Assembly (NCBI GenBank): GCA_963762605.1
Contig: CAVXLJ010000025.1
Location: 7,187-71,186 of the forward strand
Length of the DNA: 64,000 nucleotides
Source of the DNA: an uncultured Alphaproteobacteria bacterium
GTDB taxonomy: Bacteria > Pseudomonadota > Alphaproteobacteria > Rhizobiales > Kaistiaceae
Reading direction: 5' to 3'
This document shows, piece after piece, positions 52,236 through 64,000 of this stretch. The notes beneath the pieces are model-generated. The model worked only from the letters and a program-made list of their open reading frames with translations. It was not told where the DNA came from and did no database searches. The translations under genes were made by a program, and so were the position numbers. The first letter of the stretch is position 1. Every line of letters starts with the position of its first letter.

Positions 52236-53216
52236 ATGAGCCCCGCAAACAAGAAAAACTCCGCGGACTATTTGCGGCTGTATCGCCAGATGGCGCGCAT
52301 CCGCGTGTTCGAGGAAAATGCCAATCAGCTTTACCTCTCGGCGAAAATGCCGGGGCTGACGCACATGTATGCCGGAGAGGAAGCCGTAGCCGTCGGCATC
52401 TGCGAGGCGCTGGAGGTTAGTGACAAGATCACCTCCACCCACCGCGGCCATGGGCACTGCGTGGCCAAGGGCGCTGAATTCAAACAAATGTTCTGCGAGC
52501 TCCTCGGCAAGGCCGAGGGCTACTGCCGCGGCAAGGGCGGCTCGATGCACATTGCGGATCAGGCTAACGGCAACCTTGGCGCCAATGCGATCGTCGGTGG
52601 CTCCGCCGGCATCGCCACGGGCGCGGCGCTGTCGGCCAAGCGCCTGGGGACGACGGATGTGGTCGTCTGCTTTTTCGGTGATGGCGCGCTCGGTCAGGGG
52701 CTGCTGTACGAGGTCATGAACATGGCGGCGCTTTGGAAGCTGCCGGTGATCTATGCGTGCGAGAACAACCTCTATGGCGAGTACACCAAGGTCGAGGAGA
52801 TGGCCGCTGGCGCATTGACGGCCCGCGCCGCCGCTTTCGGCATCGAGACTCACGTCGTGGATGGGCAGGACGTGCTCGCCGTCAACCAGCTGGCGCAGGA
52901 CCTGGTCATGCGCGCGCGCAAAGGCGAAGGGCCATTCTTCGTCCAGCTCGATACTTATCGCTACTACGGCCACCACGTCGGCGATATCAACCGCGAATAC
53001 TATCGGTCGAAGGAAGAAGAGGCCTTGTGGAAGTCCGAGCGCGATCCGATCAAGAACTTCGGCGCGTGGCTGATCGACCAGAAGATCGCCTCCGAGGACG
53101 AACTGAAAGCGATTGACGAGGCCGTGCGCGCCGAAGCCGAGGCCGCCGTCGCCTATGCGCTGGCCGCGCCCTACCCGGATGCGGCGGAAGTCCACATGCA
53201 CGTCTATGCAGCCTGA
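52236..53216 (+). CDS. Thiamine-diphosphate-dependent dehydrogenase E1 alpha subunit (acetoin/pyruvate dehydrogenase type)
   Basis: 326 aa. ThDP motif FFGDGALGQG...PVIYACENN. AcoA/PdhA-like. Confidence 0.85.
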   Translation: MSPANKKNSADYLRLYRQMARIRVFEENANQLYLSAKMPGLTHMYAGEEAVAVGICEALEVSDKITSTHRGHGHCVAKGAEFKQMFCELLGKAEGYCRGKGGSMHIADQANGNLGANAIVGGSAGIATGAALSAKRLGTTDVVVCFFGDGALGQGLLYEVMNMAALWKLPVIYACENNLYGEYTKVEEMAAGALTARAAAFGIETHVVDGQDVLAVNQLAQDLVMRARKGEGPFFVQLDTYRYYGHHVGDINREYYRSKEEEALWKSERDPIKNFGAWLIDQKIASEDELKAIDEAVRAEAEAAVAYALAAPYPDAAEVHMHVYAA

Positions 53217-53220
53217 GGAG

Positions 53221-54225
53221 ATGGCGGTGCGCGAGATCACCCTGTCCAAAGCGGTCAATGAGGCGATTGCCGAAGAAATGCGTCGCGACCCGAAAGTCTT
53301 CGTGATGGGCGAGGACGTGGCCGAGGCCGGAACGCCTTTCAAGGTTCTGTCAGGCCTCGTCGAGGAATTCGGCACAATGCGTATCGTTGATACGCCCATT
53401 TCCGAGCCCGGCTTCATGGGAATTGCGGTCGGCGCCGCGATGACCGGGTTGCGTCCCATTGTGGACCTGATGTTCGGCGACTTCCTCTTCCTCGTAATGG
53501 ATCAGCTCTGCAATCAGGCGGCCAAGACACATTACATGTCGGGCGGCAAGCTGAAGGCACCCTTGGTGCTGCGCACCAACCTTGGCGCCACCCGACGATC
53601 GGCGGCGCAGCATTCGCAGTCCCTGCATGCCCTGGTGGCTCATATTCCGGGACTGAAGGTCGCCCTGCCGTCCTCCGCCTACGAAGCCAAAGGCCTGATG
53701 AAGACTGCGATCCGAGACGACAACCCGGTCGTGATCTTCGAAGACAAGCTGATGTATAACGACAAGGCACCGGTACCGGAGGAAGAATACTTGATCCCCT
53801 TCGGGGCGGCCAACATTCTCCGCACCGGCTCCGACATCACGCTTGTCGCCACCTCTTCCATGGTGCAGGTCGCCCAGAAGGCAGCAGAGATGCTGGCCGC
53901 CGAGAGCGGCATTAGCGCCGAGGTCATCGACCCGCGCACCATCGTGCCGCTGGATGAGGAAACGATCCTGAGGTCGGTGCGAAAGACGGGCCGGGCCATT
54001 GTCATTGACGAGGGCTACCGGAGCTTCGGCGTTACTGCCGAGATCGCCAGCCGCATCAACGAAAAGGCGTTCTATCACCTCGACGCGCCCGTGCTGCGCA
54101 TTGGGGCCATGGATGTTCCGGTGCCCTTCTCGCCGGCTCTCGAAGATCTGACCGTGCCGACGCCTCAGATTGTCGTCGAGCGCGCACTCCAATCCGTGAA
54201 GGGCGAGCTGTCTGATGCCGCGTGA
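53221..54225 (+). CDS. E1 beta subunit (acetoin/pyruvate dehydrogenase type)
   Basis: This is the MAVREITLSKAVNEAIAEEMRRDPKVFVMGEDV... part of ORF 53113..54225. Confidence 0.88.
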   Translation: MAVREITLSKAVNEAIAEEMRRDPKVFVMGEDVAEAGTPFKVLSGLVEEFGTMRIVDTPISEPGFMGIAVGAAMTGLRPIVDLMFGDFLFLVMDQLCNQAAKTHYMSGGKLKAPLVLRTNLGATRRSAAQHSQSLHALVAHIPGLKVALPSSAYEAKGLMKTAIRDDNPVVIFEDKLMYNDKAPVPEEEYLIPFGAANILRTGSDITLVATSSMVQVAQKAAEMLAAESGISAEVIDPRTIVPLDEETILRSVRKTGRAIVIDEGYRSFGVTAEIASRINEKAFYHLDAPVLRIGAMDVPVPFSPALEDLTVPTPQIVVERALQSVKGELSDAA

Positions 54226-55360
54226 GGTGATCATGCCTGCCCTCGGCATGGCGCAGCAGGCGGGCCTGATCGTCGCTTGGCTCAAGAAGCCGGGCGACGC
54301 GGTGAAGACGGGCGACGCGCTGATGGAAGTCGAGACAGACAAGGCTGTCATGGAAGTCGAAGCCCAGGCCGACGGTTTTCTGACCGACGTCCGGGCTGCC
54401 GCCGGCGACACCGTGCCCATCGGCGACGTCATCGCGATGATTTCGGACAGCCCCGCCGGCTCGGGCTTGGCCCCTGCCCGGCCGGCAGAAGCCAAGCCTG
54501 CCGCAAGCGATCCATCTTCGCTTGTCGCAGACAAGTCGGTCGTCGAGGCACCGGCGGGTCAGACGATCGCGGCGATCACAGCAGCAAATTCCGGGGCTCC
54601 GGCGCCTCGCGAGGCCAAGAGCGCCAACTCCGCCCCGGAACCTGCCCGAGCCGCGCCGGCACAGCCGAAACCCACGCTCCCCGGCGTGATGCGCGCGCCG
54701 AAACCTGTCGCCGCGCCGGAGGGAGGGGTGACCAGCCGGGTTCTCGCCTCGCCCAAGGCGCGCCGCCTGGCGGCGGAACAGGGGCTGGACCTGTCACGCT
54801 TGGTCGCGGCCGGCTTTGCCCAGCCTTATCACGTGCGCGATCTTGAGGTGCTGCGGGCCCTGCCCGCCGCACCCACCGTTTCGGCGACGGCGCCGCTTTC
54901 GCGCCACCTGACGGCCCGCGTGCGCGCCGACGGTTTCGCCGATTTCCTCGAGTGGATGCGCGATGAAACCGGCACCGCTCCAGATGCGACATCAGTTATG
55001 GCGGGCATGGCCGCCGCGGCTTTGCGCCAGGCTGCGTCGAACGAGCCGTTGACCGTCGCGGTAGAGGCCTTCGGCCGACAGCGTCATTTCGCCGATGCGG
55101 ACCGGTGCGGGCTGGGGCTGGCGAAAGCCGCCGAACCCGCCGATGCCCCGGCGCTGATTCTGCGCGACCTACGTGGGACAGGCGTCACGGCCCTGCGGAT
55201 CGGCGCGGAGGCCACGCCCACGCTCAGCGTGTCGCGCGACGGTCCTGAAATCCTCATCACCCTCGAATGCGCCCCCGACCAGTTGCAGCCAGAAGCGGCC
55301 GTGGACTTGATTTCCGGTTTCGCCGGACGGCTGGCTGAGCCGCTCCGGCATCTTCTTTGA
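54215..55360 (+). CDS. Lipoyl-domain + E3/E1-binding-domain protein with a non-catalytic C-terminal domain (E3BP-like)
   Basis: Lipoyl domain with EVETDKAVMEVEA, an Ala/Pro linker, and the peripheral-subunit-binding motif RVLASPKARRLAAEQGLDLSRLV. The C-terminal ~180 aa lack the DHRxxDG acyltransferase motif. Start is 54215 or 54233. Confidence 0.75.
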   Translation: MPREVIMPALGMAQQAGLIVAWLKKPGDAVKTGDALMEVETDKAVMEVEAQADGFLTDVRAAAGDTVPIGDVIAMISDSPAGSGLAPARPAEAKPAASDPSSLVADKSVVEAPAGQTIAAITAANSGAPAPREAKSANSAPEPARAAPAQPKPTLPGVMRAPKPVAAPEGGVTSRVLASPKARRLAAEQGLDLSRLVAAGFAQPYHVRDLEVLRALPAAPTVSATAPLSRHLTARVRADGFADFLEWMRDETGTAPDATSVMAGMAAAALRQAASNEPLTVAVEAFGRQRHFADADRCGLGLAKAAEPADAPALILRDLRGTGVTALRIGAEATPTLSVSRDGPEILITLECAPDQLQPEAAVDLISGFAGRLAEPLRHLL

Positions 55361-55374
55361 CAGCGGAGACAGCG

Positions 55375-56805
55375 ATGGACTTCACCGACCTCTACATCGA
55401 CGGAACGTGGCGCGAAGGCGCGGCGCATGTGCGCTTCGACGTCATCAACCCCGCCACCGAGGAGCCCATCGCCTCCGTCGCGTCGGCCGAAATCGCCGAC
55501 GCCGACGCAGCGCTCGACGCCGCCGATGCGGCATTTGCCGACTGGGCCGGCCGCAAGCCGCGCGAACGCTCGGAAGCCCTGCGCAAGGTGTTCGAGCTGA
55601 TGACCGCGCGGCTGCCCGAATTCGCCCGCTTGATCACCCTGGAGAACGGCAAGGCCCGTGCCGACGCGATGGGCGAGGCGTTCTATGCCGTCGAATTCTT
55701 CCGCTGGTTCGCGGAAGAGGCGGTGCGCGCCGACGGACTCATCACCCACGCGCCTTCGTCTGGCGCGCGGATCATTGCGCAGCAGAAGCCCGCAGGGATC
55801 GCAGTGCTCGTCACGCCGTGGAATTATCCCGCGGCCATGGGCACGCGCAAGATCGCGCCAGCATTGGCCGCTGGCTGTCCCGTGATCATCAAACCGGCGT
55901 CGGCAACTCCGTTGACGATGCTTGCGCTGATGCCGCTGCTGGAAGAGGCCGGCGTGCCGAAGGGGGTCGTCAACGTCCTGCCGTCGAAGAGGAGCGGCGC
56001 GCTGGTCGACCACCTGCTGCATGATCCGCGCGTTCGGGTGGTCAGCTTCACCGGCTCCACCGAGGTCGGCCGCAAGCTGTTGCGCTCCGCCGCCGATCAA
56101 GTGCTGAAGCCGGCTATGGAGCTCGGCGGCAATGCACCGGTGATCGTGTTCGAAGACGCCGATATCGAGGCCGCGGTCGAAGGCGCCATGCTCGCCAAGA
56201 TGCGCAATATTGGCGAAGCCTGCACGGCGGCCAACCGGTTCTATGTGCACGAGCGCGTCGCCGAAGAATTCACGCGCCGGCTCACCGAGAAGATGGCAGC
56301 GCTGAAGATGGGCAACGGACTCGACGACGACGTCGATGTCGGTCCGCTCGTCAACGCCGAGACCCGCGACGCCGTCGCCGCATATGTCGACGACGCAATC
56401 GCCAAGGGCGCCGAGTTGCGGCTGGGCGGGGCGCTCCCCAATCAGCGCGGATTCTTCTACCCGCCGACCGTTCTCACCAAGGTGCCGCGCAACGCGGCCT
56501 GCGTCGCCGAAGAGATTTTCGGTCCCGTTGTGGCGATCCAGACGTTTACCGAACAGGAAGACGTCATTGCGCGCGCCAACGACACGGAATACGGCCTGGT
56601 GGCCTACGTGTTCACCGGCGATATGAAGCGCGGCATGCAGGTTTCCGAGCGGCTGGACTACGGCATGATAGGGCTCAACCGTGGTCTCGTTTCCGACCCG
56701 GCGGCACCGTTCGGCGGAACTAAGCAATCGGGGCTCGGTCGCGAGGGCGGGCACGAGGGCATGCTTGAATTCATGGAAACCCAGTACATATCGACCAACT
56801 GGTGA
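55375..56805 (+). CDS. NAD(P)+-dependent aldehyde dehydrogenase (succinate-semialdehyde dehydrogenase-like)
   Basis: The ATG at 55375 follows GGAGA. ELGGNAP and the catalytic Cys context NIGEACTAANR are present. About 476 aa. Confidence 0.85.
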   Translation: MDFTDLYIDGTWREGAAHVRFDVINPATEEPIASVASAEIADADAALDAADAAFADWAGRKPRERSEALRKVFELMTARLPEFARLITLENGKARADAMGEAFYAVEFFRWFAEEAVRADGLITHAPSSGARIIAQQKPAGIAVLVTPWNYPAAMGTRKIAPALAAGCPVIIKPASATPLTMLALMPLLEEAGVPKGVVNVLPSKRSGALVDHLLHDPRVRVVSFTGSTEVGRKLLRSAADQVLKPAMELGGNAPVIVFEDADIEAAVEGAMLAKMRNIGEACTAANRFYVHERVAEEFTRRLTEKMAALKMGNGLDDDVDVGPLVNAETRDAVAAYVDDAIAKGAELRLGGALPNQRGFFYPPTVLTKVPRNAACVAEEIFGPVVAIQTFTEQEDVIARANDTEYGLVAYVFTGDMKRGMQVSERLDYGMIGLNRGLVSDPAAPFGGTKQSGLGREGGHEGMLEFMETQYISTNW

Positions 56806-56813
56806 GGGACGCT

Positions 56814-57701
56814 ATGAGTTTTGTCGCGAGTCCCGCCGTGCGGGCCTACGCGGGTCGGAAAGGCGTTGACCTTGACGAGCTTGCGGCGGCCACTGGCCGC
56901 ACGATCCTGACGCGCGATGACGTGGACCGTGGCCTGTCGAGCGATGGCGCGGCCCCCGCCGGAGCGAGCTTCACCCGCTATTGGGACGTAGACCACGCCC
57001 AGTTTGGGCCTGTCGAGAGCGAGCCGGTGCCGCGCTTCGCGCAGGTCGCCTCGGCCAATCTGGCTGCGGCGCACGCGCTCATTCCCCAGGTCACGAATCA
57101 CGACCGGGCCGATATGCGACGCATCGAGGCGTTCCGCACCTTGCTTGCCGAGGAAGCCGCCGCGCGCGGCACCAAGCTGACTGCGCTCGCCTTCCACGTG
57201 AAAGCGCTCGCTCGCTGCTTGCTGGAGTTTCCGCGCTTCAATGCCTCGCTTAGCGCAGACGGCGGGACGCTAATTCTCAAACACTATGTGCATATCGGCG
57301 TCGCCGTCGACACGCCGCACGGCCTGATGGTTCCGGTTATCCGCGATGCCGACCTCAAGGGCCTGTGGCGGATTGCGGCTGAACTGGCCGAACTGGCCTC
57401 GCGCGCGCGATCCCGCAAGCTGCGCACCGATGAGATGGGAGGGGCGTCGATGTCGATCTCCAATCTCGGCGGTGTCGGCGGAACCGGATTCACGCCTCTT
57501 GTGAACCCGCCCGAGGTTGCGATTCTGGGGCTGAGCCGCATCGAGGCAATCCCCGTCTGGGAGGAGGATGCGTGGGTGCCCGTGCCCATGGTCCCGCTGG
57601 ATCTGTCATACGATCACCGCGTCATCAATGGGGCCGACGCGGCACGGTTCCTTACGCGTTATGCAGCCCTTTTGGCCGACCCGCGCCGGATGTTGGTCTG
57701 A
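56814..57701 (+). CDS. 2-oxoacid dehydrogenase E2 catalytic (acyltransferase) protein lacking a lipoyl domain
   Basis: It starts with a subunit-binding-like segment (SPAVRAYAGRKGVDLDEL). A full catalytic domain follows, with SISNLGG and LSYDHRVINGADAARF. No ETDK lipoyl domain is present. Confidence 0.8.
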   Translation: MSFVASPAVRAYAGRKGVDLDELAAATGRTILTRDDVDRGLSSDGAAPAGASFTRYWDVDHAQFGPVESEPVPRFAQVASANLAAAHALIPQVTNHDRADMRRIEAFRTLLAEEAAARGTKLTALAFHVKALARCLLEFPRFNASLSADGGTLILKHYVHIGVAVDTPHGLMVPVIRDADLKGLWRIAAELAELASRARSRKLRTDEMGGASMSISNLGGVGGTGFTPLVNPPEVAILGLSRIEAIPVWEEDAWVPVPMVPLDLSYDHRVINGADAARFLTRYAALLADPRRMLV

Positions 57702-57791
57702 CAAGCGGTGCCGTCGGGAGTTGAGTTTCAGGCAATCGAAGGGTCCGGGGAGAATTCGCTTTCTCTTGGCCCCCTTAAGGTTCTCCTCCCC

Positions 57792-60074
<2,283 letters not shown>

Positions 60075-60110
60075 AACACGAAAAAGGGTCACGAGAGTCA
60101 GGGCAGGGAT

Positions 60111-61112
60111 ATGCAGACCTGGACAATCGAAAGTCCCCTCGTTGCCGCCCAAATTCATAGCCTTGGTGGCATGGTCGGGCCCGCCCGTTTCAAACTGGGT
60201 CCGCGCACCGTCAGCCCTCTTGCCGTCGCGCCTTGGGCCGGCGAGCCCGAAGCCGCGACGCTGCCGCCGATCCTGCAGTCCCTGCGCGGCGAATGGCCGT
60301 GCGTTCCCTTCGGCATCGCCAGCGGTGCAAACCTGCCGCCGGAATGGCGTCCAGAGCATAACCTCGAGCCAGACACTTTCGCCCACGGCTATTCGTCCAA
60401 TGGATTCTGGCAGGCCGTAAGCCACACTGCGAGTAGTGTCGAATTGAAACTCGTCTACCCCGAGGCACACCCGATCGCCTGCGTGCGGCGACGGGTGACC
60501 GCCGCGGCCGACCGCCCGGCCCTCGAGTTCACGCTTTGGATCGAGGCGCGGGCCGCCTGTCGGCTACCAATCGGAATCCATCCGACTTTTCGGCTTCCGG
60601 GGACGCCTGGCAGTAATAAGCTCGAAGTCGACCCGGAGCGGGACTGCTGGACACCACCCATATCGGCAGAGCCCGGCATCTCGCGTATGGCGATCGATCG
60701 CCGCGGCGTGGGGCTTGATGCCGTGCCGCTGGCTGACGGCCGCCAGGTGGATTTCACCCGGCTGCCACTGGCCGACCCCGCCGAGGAGCTGCTGCTCGTT
60801 GTCGGGGCGCGCGGTCGCTCCCGCCTGAGCTGCGCCAGCGAAGGCTATTCGGCCGAAGTGCGCTGGGATCCGGCCGTCTTCGCCTCGCTGATGCTTTGGA
60901 TTTCGAACCGCGGGCGCACGATGTACCCGTGGTCCGGTCGGCACCTGGCGCTCGGAATGGAGCCGGTGACGGCGGCCTTCGACCTTGGAACCAGCGTCTC
61001 GGCGAACCGCAATAATCCGCTCGAAAAGGCCGGTCATGCAACAGCCCGCGATTTCGCCGCGGGTGAAATCCTGGAGACGCGTTACAGTATCGAAGTAGCT
61101 TCGCTCGACTGA
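60111..61112 (+). CDS. Hypothetical protein (possibly aldose-1-epimerase-like fold)
   Basis: 333 aa with normal-looking composition. GIHPTFRLPG is reminiscent of mutarotase-fold proteins. No firm family. Confidence 0.5.
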   Translation: MQTWTIESPLVAAQIHSLGGMVGPARFKLGPRTVSPLAVAPWAGEPEAATLPPILQSLRGEWPCVPFGIASGANLPPEWRPEHNLEPDTFAHGYSSNGFWQAVSHTASSVELKLVYPEAHPIACVRRRVTAAADRPALEFTLWIEARAACRLPIGIHPTFRLPGTPGSNKLEVDPERDCWTPPISAEPGISRMAIDRRGVGLDAVPLADGRQVDFTRLPLADPAEELLLVVGARGRSRLSCASEGYSAEVRWDPAVFASLMLWISNRGRTMYPWSGRHLALGMEPVTAAFDLGTSVSANRNNPLEKAGHATARDFAAGEILETRYSIEVASLD

Positions 61113-61753
61113 CCCGCCGTATTCGCGAAGACCTGGACAGTCCCGATATGTCGTCGGGTGGTCAAGACCGCGCCGCTTCGTTGTCCCGGGGCGAACCGCG
61201 CCACGGAATTCACGGATTCGCTCCGCGAACAAGCACTGGGTTTCGGCCGGTTGTGGACGGTTTCGGATGGCCCTGAAGCCCAGGGCGGCGAACCGTCCAA
61301 CCGCTTGAGAGAACGAGCGTTTCTTGGCTAAAGTGGGCTGTTCCTGGGAGAAGCGGGCTGGTGGAGCCGAGGGGGGCGTCCACCATCGTGCCAAAGCCTT
61401 GAGCTAGCTTGGTGTTGCCAGCAGTGGTGGAACACAATGTCCCACCTCGTTGTTCCACCTAGCGCCAGAATTCCCGACTTCGCAATCGCAGGAAACGACG
61501 ACCGCTGAAACCAACTAGTTTGCCCGGCAGGAACGGCCCTCTCATTTCTGCTCGTCCGTGACCGGCAATGGAAGGCACACGGTCCGACCGCGTCGGTGCC
61601 AATTTGTTGTTCGAGACGGTGTGGCGAGATCGACACATTCCTCGGCTTTTTCCCCTTGGGGATAGTCGTGATCTCGACATCAGGTGCCTGCGATGCGATT
61701 TGTTACACTTCCAAACTGGGACCATGTTGGGGCGACGTGAGAGGGATTGGATA

Positions 61754-62608
61754 ATGAAGACACTCCTACTTGCGGGCGCTGCGTTGACGGCGTTGACTGT
61801 TGCAGCGCAGGCAACGGACCTCAGCTATAGCCCGACACCGGCCATGAACTGGGTCAGCGGTGACTTGGCGCTCTACGGTGGCTTGCTCGGCATCTCAAGC
61901 AATGTAACGAAGGAGAACACGAGCGGTTCTCTGTTTGGTGGCTTGGCCCGCGCAAACTTCTGGATGGATCATACGTGGTCAACCCAATTTGACCTTGGGG
62001 CGGAGAATAACTGGGAAACGACGCTCAAAAACAACTATTCTGTCGTGAACCTTGCGGGGCACTTGAGCTATCGCAACGAACCCGGCCACCTTATCGGCGC
62101 CTTTGGCTCTGTTGGATACACCGGCTTCGGCGACAGGCTGGCGACAATCGGCGCCGAGAGCCAGACCTATGTCGGTCCCTTCCTGTTCTACGGACAGGTC
62201 GGCTATACAACGTCCTTTCAGGACAATGGCACCGGGCTGAACGCGCTCTATGTTCACGGTGAAGGGCGCTATTTCTTCAACCCGAACCTGATGCTGGCGG
62301 CCAATCTTGGCTATATGCACGGCAACGAAACAGGCAGCGAGACCGAGCCCCACGACGTGATCCGCTGGGGCGCTGATCTCGAATGGAAGCACGACAGCTC
62401 GCCGTTCGGTGCCTTCGTTTCCTATCAGGGTTACTACGATAACGAGCCCGGCGGCGGTGACCATGTCACCGGCAATGCCGTGCTGGCCGGTCTCAAGATT
62501 CACTTCAACAATGAAACGCTGAAGAGCCAATCCGATACCGGCGCGACGCTCAAGGATTTCAATCCCTACACCGGCACGAATCAGGTGCGCTTCTTCGACT
62601 GGCAGTAG
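61754..62608 (+). CDS. Outer-membrane beta-barrel (porin-like) protein
   Basis: The ATG at 61754 follows GAGGGA. Signal peptide MKTLLLAGAALTALTVAAQA. Alternating aromatic/Gly beta-strand pattern. Paralogous to 62899..63819. Confidence 0.75.
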   Translation: MKTLLLAGAALTALTVAAQATDLSYSPTPAMNWVSGDLALYGGLLGISSNVTKENTSGSLFGGLARANFWMDHTWSTQFDLGAENNWETTLKNNYSVVNLAGHLSYRNEPGHLIGAFGSVGYTGFGDRLATIGAESQTYVGPFLFYGQVGYTTSFQDNGTGLNALYVHGEGRYFFNPNLMLAANLGYMHGNETGSETEPHDVIRWGADLEWKHDSSPFGAFVSYQGYYDNEPGGGDHVTGNAVLAGLKIHFNNETLKSQSDTGATLKDFNPYTGTNQVRFFDWQ

Positions 62609-62669
62609 CGTGGGCGTACCCGGTTTCCGACCACAGGAAACCGCTGATTAGACCGTTTGGTCCGACACC

Positions 62670-62705
62670 GAAACCGGGCGCGAGCGCGCTCGGTTTCTTT
62701 CTTTC
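62670..62705 (+). terminator. Rho-independent terminator
   Basis: GAAACCGGGCGCG-AG-CGCGCTCGGTTTC hairpin followed by TTTCTTTC, about 60 nt after the stop of the plus-strand OMP gene. Confidence 0.65.
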
Positions 62706-62898
62706 GGCAACCTGCCTTCGCCCCCACTTGCATTCTGTTGGCGGGGAGAACTTCTCGACCACCCCAGGCCAAAGAGCGTGGAGCCTCACCGACCGGCTTC
62801 GAGCCTCCCGGCTAGCCATTCCCACCGACCACCCTGCCCGTTGCCGCCAACTAAAACGGAGACGACAAACTGGGGCCATCCTTGCCTTTGCTCTAGGT

Positions 62899-63819
62899 TC
62901 AGAAATTGTAATTGCTCCACGCGAGCGGCCGCACAATCTTTGGCATATCGAGCGTGGCGCCCTCACGATCCTGGGCCAGTAGCGTCGGCTGGTCGATCAT
63001 GAAGCGGAGACCCACCATGAACTGGTGCTCGGTCGACGACGTATAGTGGTTGGTCTCGTTGCTGTTGCTGAAGCCGGCATATTCCCCAAATCCCGAGATC
63101 GGAACGTTGGCGAACTTGTGCTCATAGAGTGCACCCCAATTGAGCGTCCTCGAAATGTCTCCGTCGGCAGCGCCGGAGTAGGTGCCGTCCGCGTAACCGA
63201 ACTCAGCTTGGAACTTGTCGTCTGGCGTCAGGAAATAGCGACCAACTGCGCGCAGAAACCACTCGTTGATGCCGTAGCTGGTGTTGCCGATCACGCCGGT
63301 CCATCCGGCCTGACCATAAAGCGTCGTTTTTCCGAGGTAGGCCTGACCCTCAACGCCGCCAAATCCCTGCCACACCGAGCCACCCGGGTTTATGTTGCTG
63401 TACCAAAATTCGGACGACCCGAATACGCCGCCGAAAACGCCGACGAGGCCCTTGTTTGGGTCTCGCCAAGAAAGGTGCAAGCCGCCGTCTCCGGCAATGC
63501 GATGATCGGTGCTGGAACAGCAAGAGGCAAAGCCATTTGTCGTGGCCTCGCCCTCGATGTCCGCCTGCATGCTCAGATTAGGATGGAGCCAAGTGTTCAG
63601 GCGCGCATCGCCGCCAAGCACGCCAAAGCTGCCGTGTAAAGATAGATCGTTCTGGTTCCACGAGGCCCAACCCGCGTAAAGGCTCAGATAGCCGCTCAGT
63701 GCGTGGTTGAACGTTGGAGCAGGCGTGCTGGAGGTTGGGGCCGCCTCTGACAAATCCGCCGCATTCGCGCCAGTCGCAAATAGGGCGGCAACCGCCGCAA
63801 CAATCGCCAACAGCTTCAT
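62899..63819 (-). CDS. Outer-membrane beta-barrel (porin-like) protein
   Basis: 306 aa. Signal peptide MKLLAIVAAVAALFATGANA, beta-strand pattern, C-terminal ...WSNYNF (terminal Phe). Confidence 0.78.
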   Translation of the reverse strand: MKLLAIVAAVAALFATGANAADLSEAAPTSSTPAPTFNHALSGYLSLYAGWASWNQNDLSLHGSFGVLGGDARLNTWLHPNLSMQADIEGEATTNGFASCCSSTDHRIAGDGGLHLSWRDPNKGLVGVFGGVFGSSEFWYSNINPGGSVWQGFGGVEGQAYLGKTTLYGQAGWTGVIGNTSYGINEWFLRAVGRYFLTPDDKFQAEFGYADGTYSGAADGDISRTLNWGALYEHKFANVPISGFGEYAGFSNSNETNHYTSSTEHQFMVGLRFMIDQPTLLAQDREGATLDMPKIVRPLAWSNYNF

Positions 63820-64000
63820 TTTTCCAACCCAGAGAATGAAGCCGCCCCGCAGCCGGAGGTATCACCGGCTGTAGAAATTGTCACGACGTAGATTAGAAGG
63901 ATAACAATTATTTTTTTGACGCGATGCGGCCAAGCAACAGCTTCACCTGTCAAATGGCTGGGCAACCTTTCGCGAAGCGGGCACATCCCCGAGCGTTGGT

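Overview
Visibly high-GC alphaproteobacterial DNA, Rhizobiales-like (BA14K protein, many TRAP/ABC sugar-acid loci). GC was not computed and no database search was possible, so all family calls rest on motif recognition in the supplied translations and on my own hand translations.

Layout, left to right:
1. A CheB/CheR fusion gene running off the left edge, plus a divergent CheY-like receiver.
2. A BA14K gene, then an acid-resistance module: gadB, gadC and a type IIIA (plant/fungal-like) P-type H+-ATPase. The ATPase is interrupted by a single in-frame TAG at a conserved Trp.
3. tRNA-Thr(CGU), followed by about 1.6 kb of gene fragments: a TPR tail, an IS481-like transposase tail, and a chimeric regulator/Old-Yellow-Enzyme ORF.
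4. A Liv-type ABC transporter.
5. A hexuronate locus: GntR, frameshifted uxaC, TRAP dctPQM, cupin, kduI, kduD.
6. A sugar ABC operon (frameshifted ATPase) with an AGE-family epimerase and a LacI regulator.
7. A 13-kb locus bracketed by LacI genes and built around a form IV RuBisCO-like protein. It holds a DUF1537 kinase, class II aldolase-fold protein, YciI, YuxG-type SDR, (beta/alpha)8 protein, FGGY kinase, VOC protein and a TRAP transporter. Two near-duplicate promoter/operator modules drive it. This is my best candidate for an undescribed pathway.
8. An IS3 remnant, then lpdA.
9. A GntR / SDR / sugar-ABC / lactonase operon, divergent from an acetoin-dehydrogenase-like E1ab complex. Its E2 is split into a lipoyl-bearing non-catalytic protein and a lipoyl-less catalytic protein, with an aldehyde dehydrogenase gene between them.
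10. maeB, a hypothetical gene, and two convergent paralogous outer-membrane beta-barrel genes.

No rRNA, CRISPR array, intact IS, prophage or recognisable defence genes were seen. Many long Arg/Pro/Gly-rich ORFs in the track are antisense or off-frame artefacts of high GC.
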